A stretch of DNA of 64,000 nt from positions 542,872,001-542,936,000 of the forward strand of contig NC_091284.1 of assembly GCF_032444005.1 (NCBI RefSeq), given 5' to 3'. The translations under genes were made by a program, and so were the position numbers. This document shows, piece after piece, positions 35,400 through 48,077 of the stretch; position 1 is the stretch's first letter; each line of letters starts with the position of its first letter. The notes beneath the pieces were generated by a model. The model was given only the letters and a program-made list of their open reading frames with translations. It ran no database searches and had not been told where the DNA came from. Origin of the DNA: Ranitomeya imitator (taxonomy: Eukaryota).

Positions 35400-35986
35400 A
35401 ACGTGGTTAATAAAATTATCTGATTTAAAAAAAAAGGATGCTATGCGAGAAGGACCTGCCATGACGTCACGGTCATGTGACCGCGACGTCATCACAGGTC
35501 CTGCGCTCATACCAACCCTGGGACCGGAAGCTGCCGCGTGCACCGTACACAGGCTACTGGACTACAAGGGGCCCTCGGAAGGTGAGTATATGTTTATTTT
35601 TTATTTTAAGTCTTTTTTAACCTATTACATACATGGCTGGGCAATAAACTACGTGACTGGCCAATATACTACGTGACTGGCCAGTATACTACGTGTCTGT
35701 GCTGTATACTACGTGGCTCTGTGCTGTATACTACGTCGCTGTGCAATATACTATGTGGCTGGGCAATATACTACGTGGCTGGGCAATACAGTAGGTGACT
35801 GGGCAATATACTACGTGGCTGGGCAATATACTACGTGGCTGGGCAATATACTACGTGGTTGGGCAATATACTACGTGGCTGGGCAATATACTACGTGGGC
35901 TGTGCAATATACTACGTGGACATGCATATTCTAGAATACCCGATGCGTTAGAATCGGGCCACCATCTAGTCTATTACATATTTATG

Positions 35987-36036
<50 letters not shown>

Positions 36037-39000
36037 ACATATCTATCTATCTATCAATCTATCTATATCCATCCCTCCTTTCCTCTCATATCTGTCTATC
36101 TATTNNNNNNNNNNNNNNNNNNNNNNNNNNNNNNNNNNNNNNNNNNNNNNNNNNNNNNNNNNNNNNNNNNNNNNNNNNNNNNNNNNNNNNNNNNNNNNNN
36201 NNNNNNNNNNNNNNNNNNNNNNNNNNNNNNNNNNNNNNNNNNNNNNNNNNNNNNNNNNNNNNNNNNNNNNNNNNNNNNNNNNNNNNNNNNCAAGGTTGAA
36301 AAAAGCTTCAGTGTTAGAAGCTGAAGTGCTTCTCTTCCTACTTCATCCTTTGTTCTGAGGTCGATGTATCTGAGCACAGAGCATGTCTCTGTAGATGAGC
36401 AGCCATTGGCCGACCGGCGTTCATCTCAGCATCATCATCCCCCAGCACACAATACGCTCAGCATTCCTGGTGATGAGCTGCAAAAACCCCATGGCTTCTG
36501 TGCCCTTCTTGGAAGAATTGTCCTCCACCCTGTAATTTGTGCCTGGTTTAAGGATGGCAGCGGTGAGCCAGTCTCAGCCCCTGCGCCAGCCCTGCCTCTA
36601 CCACTCCAGTAGCAAAGGTAGATCATCTGCTAATTCAGCATTTTGCCTTTTCTGCATTTCATGTGTCGTATTGCATCTTTGTTTTGATGGTGCATAATGT
36701 TATAATGTGTAGAACCGTGATATACCCAGAAACGGTAAAGATTGCCATAGAAGTATACACTAGATTTAGTAACACAGTCGCTTCCTAGCTCTAATTTCTT
36801 TCAATGTGCAAACATATTCTGCGAGCAAGTATCTAATATTGACCATTTCACACGTTGAGGATTTCTTTTGGTACCTGCTATGCAGTTTGTGATTATAATC
36901 AATTACGATCCCAAAAATGTTCTTGACGTGTCGTGATTTTGTAACTTCTGTAAAGTATGTCTTTATGTGTCGCGTGTTTTAGGCAATATGTGCCCATGAA
37001 GAACTAGCCTAGATGTGACTATACCCTAATTCTGAAAATTGGAGATATTCTGCTGGCTGTAGTTCTTTATGGCCCGATTCATTTACGTTTTATTTTAGTT
37101 ACTTTTTTCTTTTTCTGATATTTATTGCTCTTTTTGTTGGCTTAAGAATCTTATCCAAAAAATGATCTTTGTTTTCTTTTTGCTTTTTGCTTATTTTTAG
37201 AGTAAAAAATGGCATGATGCTTTAACATACTATATATTCATCTTCAAATGTAAAAGCAAAACATTGCAACATTTCCAAAAGTAACAAATAATGAATTAGT
37301 CTAAAACATCTGGATAAGGAAAACAATAACACAGGCACAATAACATAAAGTTAAAGGGGCTGTTTGGGGAAAAACATTATCACCTATTCACAGGACAGGT
37401 GATGACTTATTATTTTGTGGGGGTCCAACCGCTAGGACCTGCACTGACTGGCAAAATGGGGAACTCCTGTCCCTGTAAGAATGTGCGAGCTGCACTCTAT
37501 TCATTCTCTATGGGCGGCTGAGCAATGGTCATCCGGCCTGCTGCTCCATTTTATAACTGTGATAAAAGTTCCCCATGATGAAAATCAATCTGGGTGTCCG
37601 TGGTTGGAACCTCGTGATCTGTAAGTTAAAGTGATAACTTGTCTTCACTGGGCGATTCCTTAAAACTTAAAAAAACAAAGCAAATAATGAATAAGGTGCA
37701 AATAAAAAAAAGTCACTATAAGGCTACTGTCCCACCAGCGTATCAAGAATTGGTCCTATTCTCATCCAAATAAATGGTATTATTTTTTTCTCACGTGTCA
37801 TCTATCGGCGGTCCTGTTTTTACTCAGCAGCTATTAATCTTTTACAGGACCATTTATAGTTTCCTGTTACAGAATTGTAATGTGTCAGTAAAAAATAAAT
37901 CAGATGGCACTCTGATGGTCCGTATGGGATGTGATTGTTTTCTCACACCCAGCAGATATCGGAGTGAAATTGCAGCAGGTTGCGATTTTCCTCTAGTCAC
38001 CTTCCACGATGGCATACAGAGGTTGCCTCTTTGCCCTGATGGGGAACAGGAAATGTGGAGAGGTTAAAAGGCCCTCCCTCCTTCCACTCGTCAGTGTCTT
38101 TCCAGTTCCCCATGGGACAGAGAGAGTTTCGTGTGCTGTGATGGCTGGTGACTACAGTACCCTGTTAGGCTTTTGCCTTCTCTATAGCCGGGCTGTTGTG
38201 AATTCTGTTGTCGAACTCCCTCCTGTGGTCGTGAATGGTACTTCGGCGAGTTCTGTCCATGGACTCCCTCTGGTGGCTGTGAGTGAAGCTGCTGCTTCTG
38301 AGGTTCCTTACACAGGTGACGTGGTTTATCCTTTGGTTGGCTGCTCTATTTAACTTCACTCAGATCGTTACTCCATGCCAGCTGTCAATGTTCCTGCATT
38401 GGTTCAGTTCGCTCTTGGATCTTTCTGATGACCTGTCTTCTCCAGCAGAAGCTAAGTTCCTGATAGTTATTATTTGTTCATTGTTTCCTTGTCCAGCTGG
38501 TTATCATGATTTTGTCTTACTAGCTGGAAGCTCTGGGATGCAGAGTGGCATCTCCGCACCGTTAGTCGGTGCGGAGGTCTTTTTGCACACTCTGCGTGGT
38601 CTTTTGTAGTTTTTTTGTGCTGACCGCAAAGATACCTTTCCTATCCTCTGTCTGTTTAGTAAGTCTGGCCTCCCTTTGCTGAAACCTGTTTCATTTCTGC
38701 GTTTGTGACTTTCATCTTTACTCACAGTCAATATATGTGGGGGGCTGCCTTTTCCTTTGGGGAATTTCTCTGAGGCAAGGTAAGCTTTATTTTCTATCTC
38801 TAGGGCTAGCTAGCTCTTAGGCTGTGAAGAGGCATCTAGGGAGAGTCAGGAACGCTCCACGGCTATTTCTAGTTGTTGTGATGGGATTAGGGGTTGCGGT
38901 CAGCAGAGCTCCCACATCTCAGAGCTTGTCCTGTGTCAGTTTAACTATCAGGTTAGTCCTGGAAAGCAGAAAAATATGCGGCACTCACCCAGTAGAAGCT

Positions 39001-42000
39001 GTATTTACGTGCTCTTTATTGGAACAAAGAATGTGAATACATCCATTCAAGACATCAGGTGGAGCGGAGGGTGCAGTGATGGAGGCTGGACGACGGCCGT
39101 TTCGCAACTAAATGTGCTTCAACGGGTCCACATACCAGGTTACCAACGTCATATCCTTTTATAGGTTTTCTGACATATATAGTAACATCAATTCACGGTG
39201 CTATTGTGAAACATGACTATAACAGTGAACGTGCAAACAGATAACACTAGTAACCACTTTACAGATTGTAACAGAATGTTATAACAAAATATCAAAACAA
39301 AATATTAAATTAGCACTATGTCACATAATTTTTAATGTTCACTATAGGAACACTGACATATCTAATTTGTCATTTAGTCCGATTGGACCCTGTGCATTGG
39401 CATTTAAAATCCATTTGGCTTCTTTTTGTAAGAGTAACCTATTCTGATCTCCTCCCGAGGCTGGGTATTTAACTATTTCTAAGCCAGCAAAATTTAATAG
39501 ATTTGGATTTGCATTGTGGACTTCTCTCATATGATGAATTAATCTTAGGCAGCCTTTGCCCGTTGAAATAGAGTTATAATGTTCTTTAAACCTTACTGTT
39601 AACGGTCTTATAGTTTTACCGATATAGAAATTTCGGCACGGGCACAGCAGAATATATACAACAAACTTGCTTTTACAAGAAATAAAATCTTTTATACTGT
39701 GAGTAATTGAACCTATTTGAATAGGGCTCTGAGTAATGTGCAAATGGCAAAACCGGCAATTGCCGCATCTATGATTCCCTATAGGCGCGTTTTTAATTAG
39801 CCAACAACTTCTCGGTGTTAGGATTTTATTATGGACAATCAAATCTGATAGATTATGAGCTCGCCTATAGGCAAATTTTGGAGGATTTAGATGTATCGAC
39901 GCCAGATCTTTATCGGATTGAAGCACGTGCCAATTTTTACGAATAGAGGTATGTATAATATTATCCATATTGCTATGCTTGAAACAAAAACTGAAACTGT
40001 CTATATCTCGTTTAGATGACCCATTTTTAATTTGTCTCTTTCTCAAATAATCATTTTGAGAGCATTTATTAATGCGGTTCTCAGCTTCTCTTAGAATATT
40101 GTACGGATAACCTCTTTTTGTGAAGCGTGTCTTAAGTTCACCAATCTGCTCATTGAATATGATATTATTATTATTTATTTTTCGTAGTCTAACCATTTGA
40201 CTAAATGGTAATCCTCTTTTTGTGTGACTCGGGTGATCGCTATCGAAATGTAGCAAATTATTGGTCGCAGTTTCCTTTCTGAACACCTTAGTTATTATTT
40301 CTCCCTCAATGATTTCTATTTTTACATCCAGATATTCGAGACTATTAACTCCAAAACTAGATGTAAACTTCATATTCTCTGTATTTGAAACATTTAGATA
40401 TTCTACGAAGGAGAATCTCATTGATTTTTATGCAGTGCACCTATATACCCATAGCTTGCGTGACGCCTAGTTGTCAGAAGTTGCGAAGTCCATAGGTCTG
40501 TGCAGCGTTATACTCTTGAGTGCCATCCAAATGCTTTTCTTCTTTGTTTTGTAATTAACTATCAGGTTGTGCCGGGTGCTCCTATCCACCAGGTCCATAA
40601 CACCGGGCAGCATAAGGATGTGTCTCAGCTCCCCTTCTTACTGCTCCCGTCGTACCGCCTGCGGTGTCCTCGGGACCTTCTCCTGGCTTTCCTGCACCCC
40701 TCAAGGGTAAAACAGGCCAGTGATCCCAATCGGAGTCCTCCCTGAGCTCTCCGGTCTCCTCTATCTCCGAGTGCCCGCTGGCGTCCAGGAAGTGATCGCG
40801 CGCATTACTTCCGGTTCATCCTGCTCCTCAGACGCAGCTCTTCCGCCGGCGGCACCTCATGCAGGATGCTGTTCCTTCACTACAGGACCCAGGAGGGAAG
40901 GAGGGAATCCATTCATCGCTGGGGGGCAGGGGCCTGCTGATTAGTATAAAACTTGCCTGAAAACATTACAGGTAAGACTGTCTTGCGGTAATGGAAGGCA
41001 ATAAATGCGCTGCATCTGCAGAGCCCAGCGCTGCCCCTGCCACAGTAAGTGCTGCAGAGAGGGGGTCCTTACATAGATAACCTAGGGGGCTCCCTTTTTC
41101 TGATTCTATTATCCCTCTCATTCCAGGGAGACAAGTCTACCCCTAAAGCATCTATAAAGAAAAAATGTGCCATCTGCAATGTCAAATTGCCCTCATTATG
41201 GGATAAAAAGCTCTGCCAAATATGTACTGACAAAATAGTCAGGGCAGAGCAACCCTCCCTCTTGGAAAAAATCCGCTTAAACAACAAGAGGTGCAGTCTT
41301 CCCTGGCAACCTTTACCCCTCCACAGCCCCCACCTCCTTCTCCAGCAAAGAAAAGAAAAATTCAGGTTTAGGATATTGAATCCGAATCAGACCTCTCTTA
41401 TGCCTCATCCTCTGGTAGATGGGAAGAACCTATGTCCCCTGTAGCCTTGGATTGGATTGAGGATCTAGTGTCTGCCGTACGCAGCACTATGGGGCTGGAG
41501 GAGGAACCAGAACCCCAGTACATTCAAGATCAAATGTTTGGGGGGATAACCAAAGGGAAACGCATAGGATTCCCGGTATACTCTAATATTCTTGACATAA
41601 TTTCTCAAGAGTGGGAACTACCGGGGAAACGCCTCAGCATTCTCTCTGAGATGAAGCACAGATTTCTCTTAGAAGGTGATTCTGTCAAATGGGATGTTCC
41701 CAAGGTCGACTCACAGATGGCGAGAGTGTCGAAAAGAACCGAACTTCCATTTGAAGATTCTTCACATCTGAAGGATCCGATGGACAGGAAGATTGAAAGT
41801 CTCTTGAAGAAATCCTGAGAGACTTCCACGGTAGCCTTAAAAGCCAATATTGCCTCGAACCTGTGTAGCTAGAACCCTTGCTGCTGGTTAGGAGAGCTGG
41901 AATCCCATATATCTTAGGGTACCTCTAGAGGGGAGCTGCTGGATTCCCTACCCAGTCTTCTTAGAGCTACTGTTTTTTTGGCAGACGCCTCCATGGAAAC

Positions 42001-43940
42001 CATTAGAGTTGCCACTAGGTCTCTTGTTCAAACTAATTTGGCTAGAAAAGCTCTCTGGCTCAAGATGTGGTCTGGTGACATCACTTCTATAGCAAAATTA
42101 TGTGCTATACCCTTTAAGAGCGACTATGTCTTTGGGCCTTCTTTAGATGATATCTTAAAAAAGGCAACAGATAAGAAAAAAGCTCTTCCAGAACAGAAAC
42201 CCCCTAAGAAAAGTTTTTTTCATCCCTCACAGCCACAAGCCTCTCAGAGAGGAAAAGACAAAACTGGGAGGTGAAGTTATTAAAAAGGATATCCTTATCC
42301 CCCAACAACAACAGCAGCTCCAACAGGAGAAGCAGTGACTTCGACCCGGAGGGGGGGAGACTTTCAAAATTTCTTCCTCAGTGGCAAAATATCACCAGTT
42401 GCCACTGGGCCCTCAATGTCATCAAAGAGGGCCTATTAATAGAGTTTATTTCCTCCCCTCCACGGGGTCTGAAGGCCACCTCCCTTCCCTCTTTAACCCC
42501 TTTCTGCCATTGGACGTAATATTCCGTCCATGTGGGGTGGGCCTTAATTCCCAAGGACGGAATATTATGTGACGCCCAGGAGACCGGGATACCCAGCACC
42601 GGACCAATGGAGTCTGTCTCTTGAGGGGGATGTCACGGGTGGCTTGACCCGGTGCTGTGGCCTCAGGCAATGCACAGTGTAAGGGGTATCATGAGGGGAC
42701 AGGCACTTACTTGATCAGCAGCAGATTCTCCCAGCGGTGACGATCCCGATCCTGGATAGATGGCTAGTGTCCAAATGAAAGACTGAGGCACTGAAACGTT
42801 TAACCAGTTTACTTTAACATAAAAGGATTTACAACCAGTCCTGTCACCGGAGTCTGTATGGGAACTCTGAGTTACTTTGACCCTGCCGGGGTCTTCGCCT
42901 CCTATTGTGCGCAATTTCTGTGTGGCCCTGCTGCTGTATGTGAACTGGCTGCCGGCCCAATGTGTCCCCTCCGGGTCCTGGTTCGACGGGCAACCCGAGT
43001 CCTTTTATCGGTTTACCCCCTCTGGGAGTACCGCTGAACTCTGTGTCTGTTGCTGCGTCCGGCCCTAGTGAAGCTGATATCACCTCACGTTTTTCCGGTT
43101 GCTGTATTATATATAATGAATACAGCCACGGATCCGGTATCCGTCTTTGCGCCTGTTCTGGGTAGTGATTAATGCTACCCGGTTCTCACAATGTCCTTTT
43201 TCTCTATCCCTCTTCTCCTCAGGCCGGTGATTTAGGCCTGGTAACAGTCACAGGGCTGTTAGATATTCAACTGTATGACCTCTCACTTTCAGCTCCTTAG
43301 CCCAACTGCCATTTCTTCTCTCAGACCAGAATGGATCAAGGGGAGTCTCTGGAGCTCCCCCTTCTGGCCGGAGGTGGTAGTGCAGTCTTGCTATTTTAGT
43401 ATTTGTACTTACTGTCAGTAACTATTTTTGTGGCAAATACCCCTAGGGGTGCCACATTCCCCCTTAGTTAAGAACAGTACTCCGGGACTGTGGGACAATA
43501 ACATTTTGAAATAACAATTAATATGTACAGAGTCTTAAAAATGAAAAGTTACAAAAACCACTCAAGGAAACAAAAATAGAGTTCTGTAAAAAAAGTCACT
43601 TCAAATAGCGTCCATTAATACAGTTCTATCCTTGAAGGTATTAGGAAAGGCACTGTACTTAGTGTCCAGGAATTTAGTTCCATTTTTCCAACGGAGTTAT
43701 CAATATAAAGTCTAAAGAAAGTTCAAAAAGAGCAAAAAGCAAAGTTCAAAAAGCAGTCTTTCCGGAGCTTTGATTTAGTGCCTCCGGGCTGATAAAAAGT
43801 TCAAGAATATGCAATAAGTTCATACAGACAAGTCTCTGTAGGCACTGGGCTTAAACGTTGCAGACTGATAACAATGACTATACTACATTTTCTGTTTAAC
43901 TATATACGGCATAACATATATACAATTCACATTATGAGCT

Positions 43941-46900
43941 TTATAGTTGGTAATCTGCATACCTGGACGGTAATTGACCCTGGGTACTACGCTGTGATCT
44001 ACGTAATAGCGGTGTCTCTTCATGTGGTGTACTACTGTCTACTGCGGATGTAGTATCTGCCCGCTCTGCTAAAGATAATTCCACGACTATGGAGTTGGCA
44101 AGTCCACCGTGAATGGGATTACTCTGACCAGGAATCTGTTCTTCCTGGCCTGGAACCTCCTGTAGTACGGGGTCAGCCTCTTCCTGTCTTGGGACTTCTG
44201 GTATTGGGTTCGGTGTTGGGTAAAAGGCCACCATGGGAACCACTACTGCACCATGGTATGTTAGTAGGGTTTTGGGAAAGTCTCCTATACAGGTGTGATA
44301 CACTTCCTCTTCTTTTTCCTTTACTGGTTGAACCTGTATGGGTTGAATAACTTCTGGTTCTGGCTGGACAACGTCTGGCTCTTTCAATGCTTCCGGACAC
44401 AATATAAGATTGTCTCTTGACACTAGTACAGATGTTAAGCCTCCGTTTTTGCTAATGAGACACATTTTAGGATTATCCACTCTTGTTGGTAAAACTGTGT
44501 AGGGTACGGCTTCCCACTGATTGTCCAGTTTATTGGTTCGACGATTTCTCTTGAGCACTTGGTCACCCGGTCTTAATGGGGTCGCTAGAGCATTCTGGTT
44601 GAAAGTTCGCTCTTGTCTTTCTCTAGTTTGCTGAAGGCTTCTTTCCACACTCTCTTGCACTTGGCGATACTGCTTTTGCCGTATGATATCCCAATTGGAG
44701 TCTTGAACTTCTGCGTCTGGTTTCAGAATTCCCATTTCTAGATCGATTGGTAATTGGCCGGGTCTTGCACGCATAAGGTAAGCTGGGGTGCAGTTGGTGG
44801 AGCTCACCGGGACATGATTATACAGATCCACCAAGTCAGGCAATTTCTCTGGCCATTGATTCCTTTCTGTCTCAGGTAAAGTCTTTAGTAGGTCTATTAC
44901 AATATGGTTCATCTTCTCGCATAAGCCGTTTGTTTGTGGATGATAGGCCGTCGTCCGGATCTTTTTGCAACCATACATATTACAGAATTCTCTGAAGATC
45001 TCTGATTCAAAGGCTGTACCTTGGTCGGTGAGAACCTGTTCCGGATATCCATGGGGTCTACAAAAGTACGTTTGGAACGCTTTGGCTGCTGTTTTTGCTG
45101 TCAGATCTTTTACGGGTACTACTACCAAGAAACGTGAATAATGGTCCACGATGGTCAAGGCATAGACATAGCCGGACCGGCTTGGTGTCAACTTCACGTG
45201 GTCCATGGCTACAAGTTCAAGTGGTTGTTTGGTGATTATGGGCTGCAGTGGTGCTCTTTGGTTCTTTTGATCGTTTCTTCTGAGGTTGCACGGGCCACAA
45301 TTTCTGCACCACTGTTCGATTGATTTTCTCATCCCGACCCAATAAAATCTTTCTCTTAGAAGTACTTCTAACTTTTTCCAACCGAAGTGACCAGCACCAT
45401 TATGGTAAGCTTCGAGGACCATCTTCACATCTTGTTTAGGCACAATAATCTGCCAAACCAATTCATGTGTTTTCGGATTGGTGTATCTTCTACAGAGCTT
45501 CCCTTGATACAGGAACATTTTGCCTCTCTCTTTCCAGAGTTGATGCGTCTCTTCTGGGGCATCCTCATCGGGATATGCACTTTGCTCAGTCAACAGTTCC
45601 TTCACCAACTTCACAGCCGGATTGCTGTCTTGGGTGTCAGCCCATCTATGGTGTGCTAACGGATTAAAATTCACCTCTTGTTGTTTCTGATAGGTACTTG
45701 ACTGATGATGTTTTGCCTTGGGACGATGGAAGGCTGGTAGTTCAATTTCTTCAAGCTCCCCCGTTTCCTCTTCTACATCTCTCAAGTGTGGCATCCGGGA
45801 TAGGGCATCGGCATTTCCATTCTTGCGACCTGCTCGATACTTGATTATGAAGTTGTAATTAGATAACCGGGCTATCCATCGCTGTTCTAACGCACCTAAT
45901 TTGGCTGTGTCCAGGTGGGTCAACGGATTGTTGTCAGTATAGACAATAAATTCTGCAGCGGCCAGATAGTGTTTGAAACGCTCCGTCACAGCCCAAACTA
46001 CTGCCAGTAGTTCCAATTTGAAGGAGCTGTAATTTTCTGAATTTCTTTCAGTAGGCCGGAGCTTTCTACTTGCAAAGGCGATGACTTTCTCCCGACCTTC
46101 TTGCTTTTGTGACAGCACCACTCCTAGTCCCACATTACTGGCATCGGTGTAGAGGATGAAAGGTTGATGGTAATCTGGGTATGCCAGAACCTCTTCTCCA
46201 GTTAGTGCCTTCTTTAGTTGTTCAAAGGAGTCTTCCCTTTCGTCGTTCCACTGAAAAGGAGGGTTTCGGTTTGAAGGTTTCTTCGTCTGCCCTACCAAGG
46301 TGTCTTGCAAGGGTGCTGCCAACTTGGTAAATCCTTTTATAAATCTGCGATAGTAACCCACCAATCCCAGGAATTGTCTCACTTCTTTTGCGCTGGTAGG
46401 TCTTGGCCAATCCCTTATGGCGCTTATTTTCTCGGGATCTGGTGCTACTCCCTCCGAACTCACGATGTGTCCCAGGTACTGTACCTTTGGCTTGAGAAGG
46501 TGACATTTGGATGGCTTGACTTTCATGCCATACCTGGATAAGGCTTCGAACACTTCTGCCAGGTCTATTAAGTGTTGTTCGTAAGTCTTTGAGTAGACGA
46601 TCACATCATCTAGGTACAGGAGGACGGTCTCGAAGTTCTTGTGTCCGAGGCAGCATTCCATCAGCCGCTGGAAGGTACCGGATGCGTTGCAGAGTCCGAA
46701 CGGCATGCGATTAAATTCACATAGACCCATTGGTGTGGTGAATGCCGTCTTTTCCTTATCTCTCTCAGCCACAGGGACTTGCCAATACCCGCTTGTTAAG
46801 TCTAAGGTGGAAAAATAATTAGCAGATTTCAAAGCAGTTAAGGACTCTTCTATCCTAGGCAAGGGGTAGGCGTCTTTATGGGTGATGTTATTAATCTTCC

Positions 46901-48077
46901 GGTAGTCTACGCACATTCTCATGGTTCCGTCCTTTTTTTTGACAATCACTAGAGGGGCCGCCCAGGGGCTACAGCTGTCTCTTATTACCCCGGCCTGTTT
47001 CATTTCCCTCAGCATATCTTTTGCACATTGATAGTGAGCGGGCGGTATGGGTCTATATCTTTCTTTTATTGGGGGATGGTCACCTGTGGGGATTGTGTGT
47101 TCTACCCCTTCTATCCGTCCGAAGTCCAATGGGTGTTTACTGAAGACTTGTTCATATTCCGTCACTAGCCTATACACCCCTTGTTTTTGATGGGTAGGTG
47201 TTGAATTTATGCCCACGTGTAGCTGTTGGCACCAATCCTCCATTTCTCCATCTGAGCCATTGCCTTCCACCTGACAGGTTGGTTCTAAGGGCTCAATGGT
47301 TGTGATGGCATTGTTGTCAACAGTATATAGCTTTGCCATTGTAGCATACCTTGGCAAAGTGACCTCTTCCTCTCCACAGTTCAAAAGTCGTACCGGCACT
47401 CGTCCCCGGTGTACCTCGACTATCCCTCGTGCTGTGAGTATAGTGGGCCTGCTGTCGGTGTACACTGGTTCTATTAAGGCTTGATAATCTCGTCCCTTAG
47501 TACCAATGGCTGCTCTACACCATACCAGCATTTCTGTTTTTGGTGGGATTACAATAGACGTTGGATCACTTACCCTCACACTGCCGATTTCTCCACCTGC
47601 AACTTCTACCTGTTGCCTTAACATCAATACTTTTATTTCCCTCCGGAGAACTCTCTGCTGGCAGGATTGGGCAGTTTCAGCAATTTGCTGTAAGACAGAA
47701 ATGACTTCGGAAAAGCAGTTCTCTAACACATTCATTCCTATCAATACAGTTGGTTCACAGTTCCGCCGGTCAACATCAACAACAATTATACCCTGTTTCT
47801 TCAGTTCTACTTTACCAATCTTTATGGTCATCTCCCTGAATCCTAGTTTCGGTACCAACTTACCATTACTGGCCCATATATCTAGTTCAACATCAGAGGG
47901 CCCTTTATCAATATCTGCATCAGCCCAGTACCTCTTATAAAGGATATACGGTATAGATGAAATCTGGGAACCTGTGTCCAGCAAAGCGTTGAGGGGAATT
48001 CCGTCCAGCACGATAGGGATAATGGGTCGTCCTCCGATGTACCTGTCGTGCCAGGGTGTTGGGCCTTGAAAGTTCAT
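43941..48077 (-). CDS. Gypsy pol (PR-RT-RNase H-IN), open for 1378 aa
   Basis: LDTGS, YLDD, TDAS, H..GH...C..C, DHVK / TDQG / NGLCE motifs are intact. Confidence 0.95.
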   Translation of the reverse strand: MNFQGPTPWHDRYIGGRPIIPIVLDGIPLNALLDTGSQISSIPYILYKRYWADADIDKGPSDVELDIWASNGKLVPKLGFREMTIKIGKVELKKQGIIVVDVDRRNCEPTVLIGMNVLENCFSEVISVLQQIAETAQSCQQRVLRREIKVLMLRQQVEVAGGEIGSVRVSDPTSIVIPPKTEMLVWCRAAIGTKGRDYQALIEPVYTDSRPTILTARGIVEVHRGRVPVRLLNCGEEEVTLPRYATMAKLYTVDNNAITTIEPLEPTCQVEGNGSDGEMEDWCQQLHVGINSTPTHQKQGVYRLVTEYEQVFSKHPLDFGRIEGVEHTIPTGDHPPIKERYRPIPPAHYQCAKDMLREMKQAGVIRDSCSPWAAPLVIVKKKDGTMRMCVDYRKINNITHKDAYPLPRIEESLTALKSANYFSTLDLTSGYWQVPVAERDKEKTAFTTPMGLCEFNRMPFGLCNASGTFQRLMECCLGHKNFETVLLYLDDVIVYSKTYEQHLIDLAEVFEALSRYGMKVKPSKCHLLKPKVQYLGHIVSSEGVAPDPEKISAIRDWPRPTSAKEVRQFLGLVGYYRRFIKGFTKLAAPLQDTLVGQTKKPSNRNPPFQWNDEREDSFEQLKKALTGEEVLAYPDYHQPFILYTDASNVGLGVVLSQKQEGREKVIAFASRKLRPTERNSENYSSFKLELLAVVWAVTERFKHYLAAAEFIVYTDNNPLTHLDTAKLGALEQRWIARLSNYNFIIKYRAGRKNGNADALSRMPHLRDVEEETGELEEIELPAFHRPKAKHHQSSTYQKQQEVNFNPLAHHRWADTQDSNPAVKLVKELLTEQSAYPDEDAPEETHQLWKERGKMFLYQGKLCRRYTNPKTHELVWQIIVPKQDVKMVLEAYHNGAGHFGWKKLEVLLRERFYWVGMRKSIEQWCRNCGPCNLRRNDQKNQRAPLQPIITKQPLELVAMDHVKLTPSRSGYVYALTIVDHYSRFLVVVPVKDLTAKTAAKAFQTYFCRPHGYPEQVLTDQGTAFESEIFREFCNMYGCKKIRTTAYHPQTNGLCEKMNHIVIDLLKTLPETERNQWPEKLPDLVDLYNHVPVSSTNCTPAYLMRARPGQLPIDLEMGILKPDAEVQDSNWDIIRQKQYRQVQESVERSLQQTRERQERTFNQNALATPLRPGDQVLKRNRRTNKLDNQWEAVPYTVLPTRVDNPKMCLISKNGGLTSVLVSRDNLILCPEALKEPDVVQPEPEVIQPIQVQPVKEKEEEVYHTCIGDFPKTLLTYHGAVVVPMVAFYPTPNPIPEVPRQEEADPVLQEVPGQEEQIPGQSNPIHGGLANSIVVELSLAERADTTSAVDSSTPHEETPLLRRSQRSTQGQLPSRYADYQL

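Larger units (their letters stand above)
22541..40753. repeat. Tandem duplication of 9106 bp (22541-31646 and 31648-40753) with one extra T at 31647
   Basis: All ORFs recur at offset 9107 with identical translations, and both copies have a 186-N run. I noticed one substitution (26954 C vs 36061 A). Confidence 0.97.

Noticed and set aside
43457-44400. env-like gene in the young Gypsy
   Set aside because: The pol tail is Pro/Glu-rich with no signal peptide or transmembrane segment, and the 485 bp before the LTR has no ORF.
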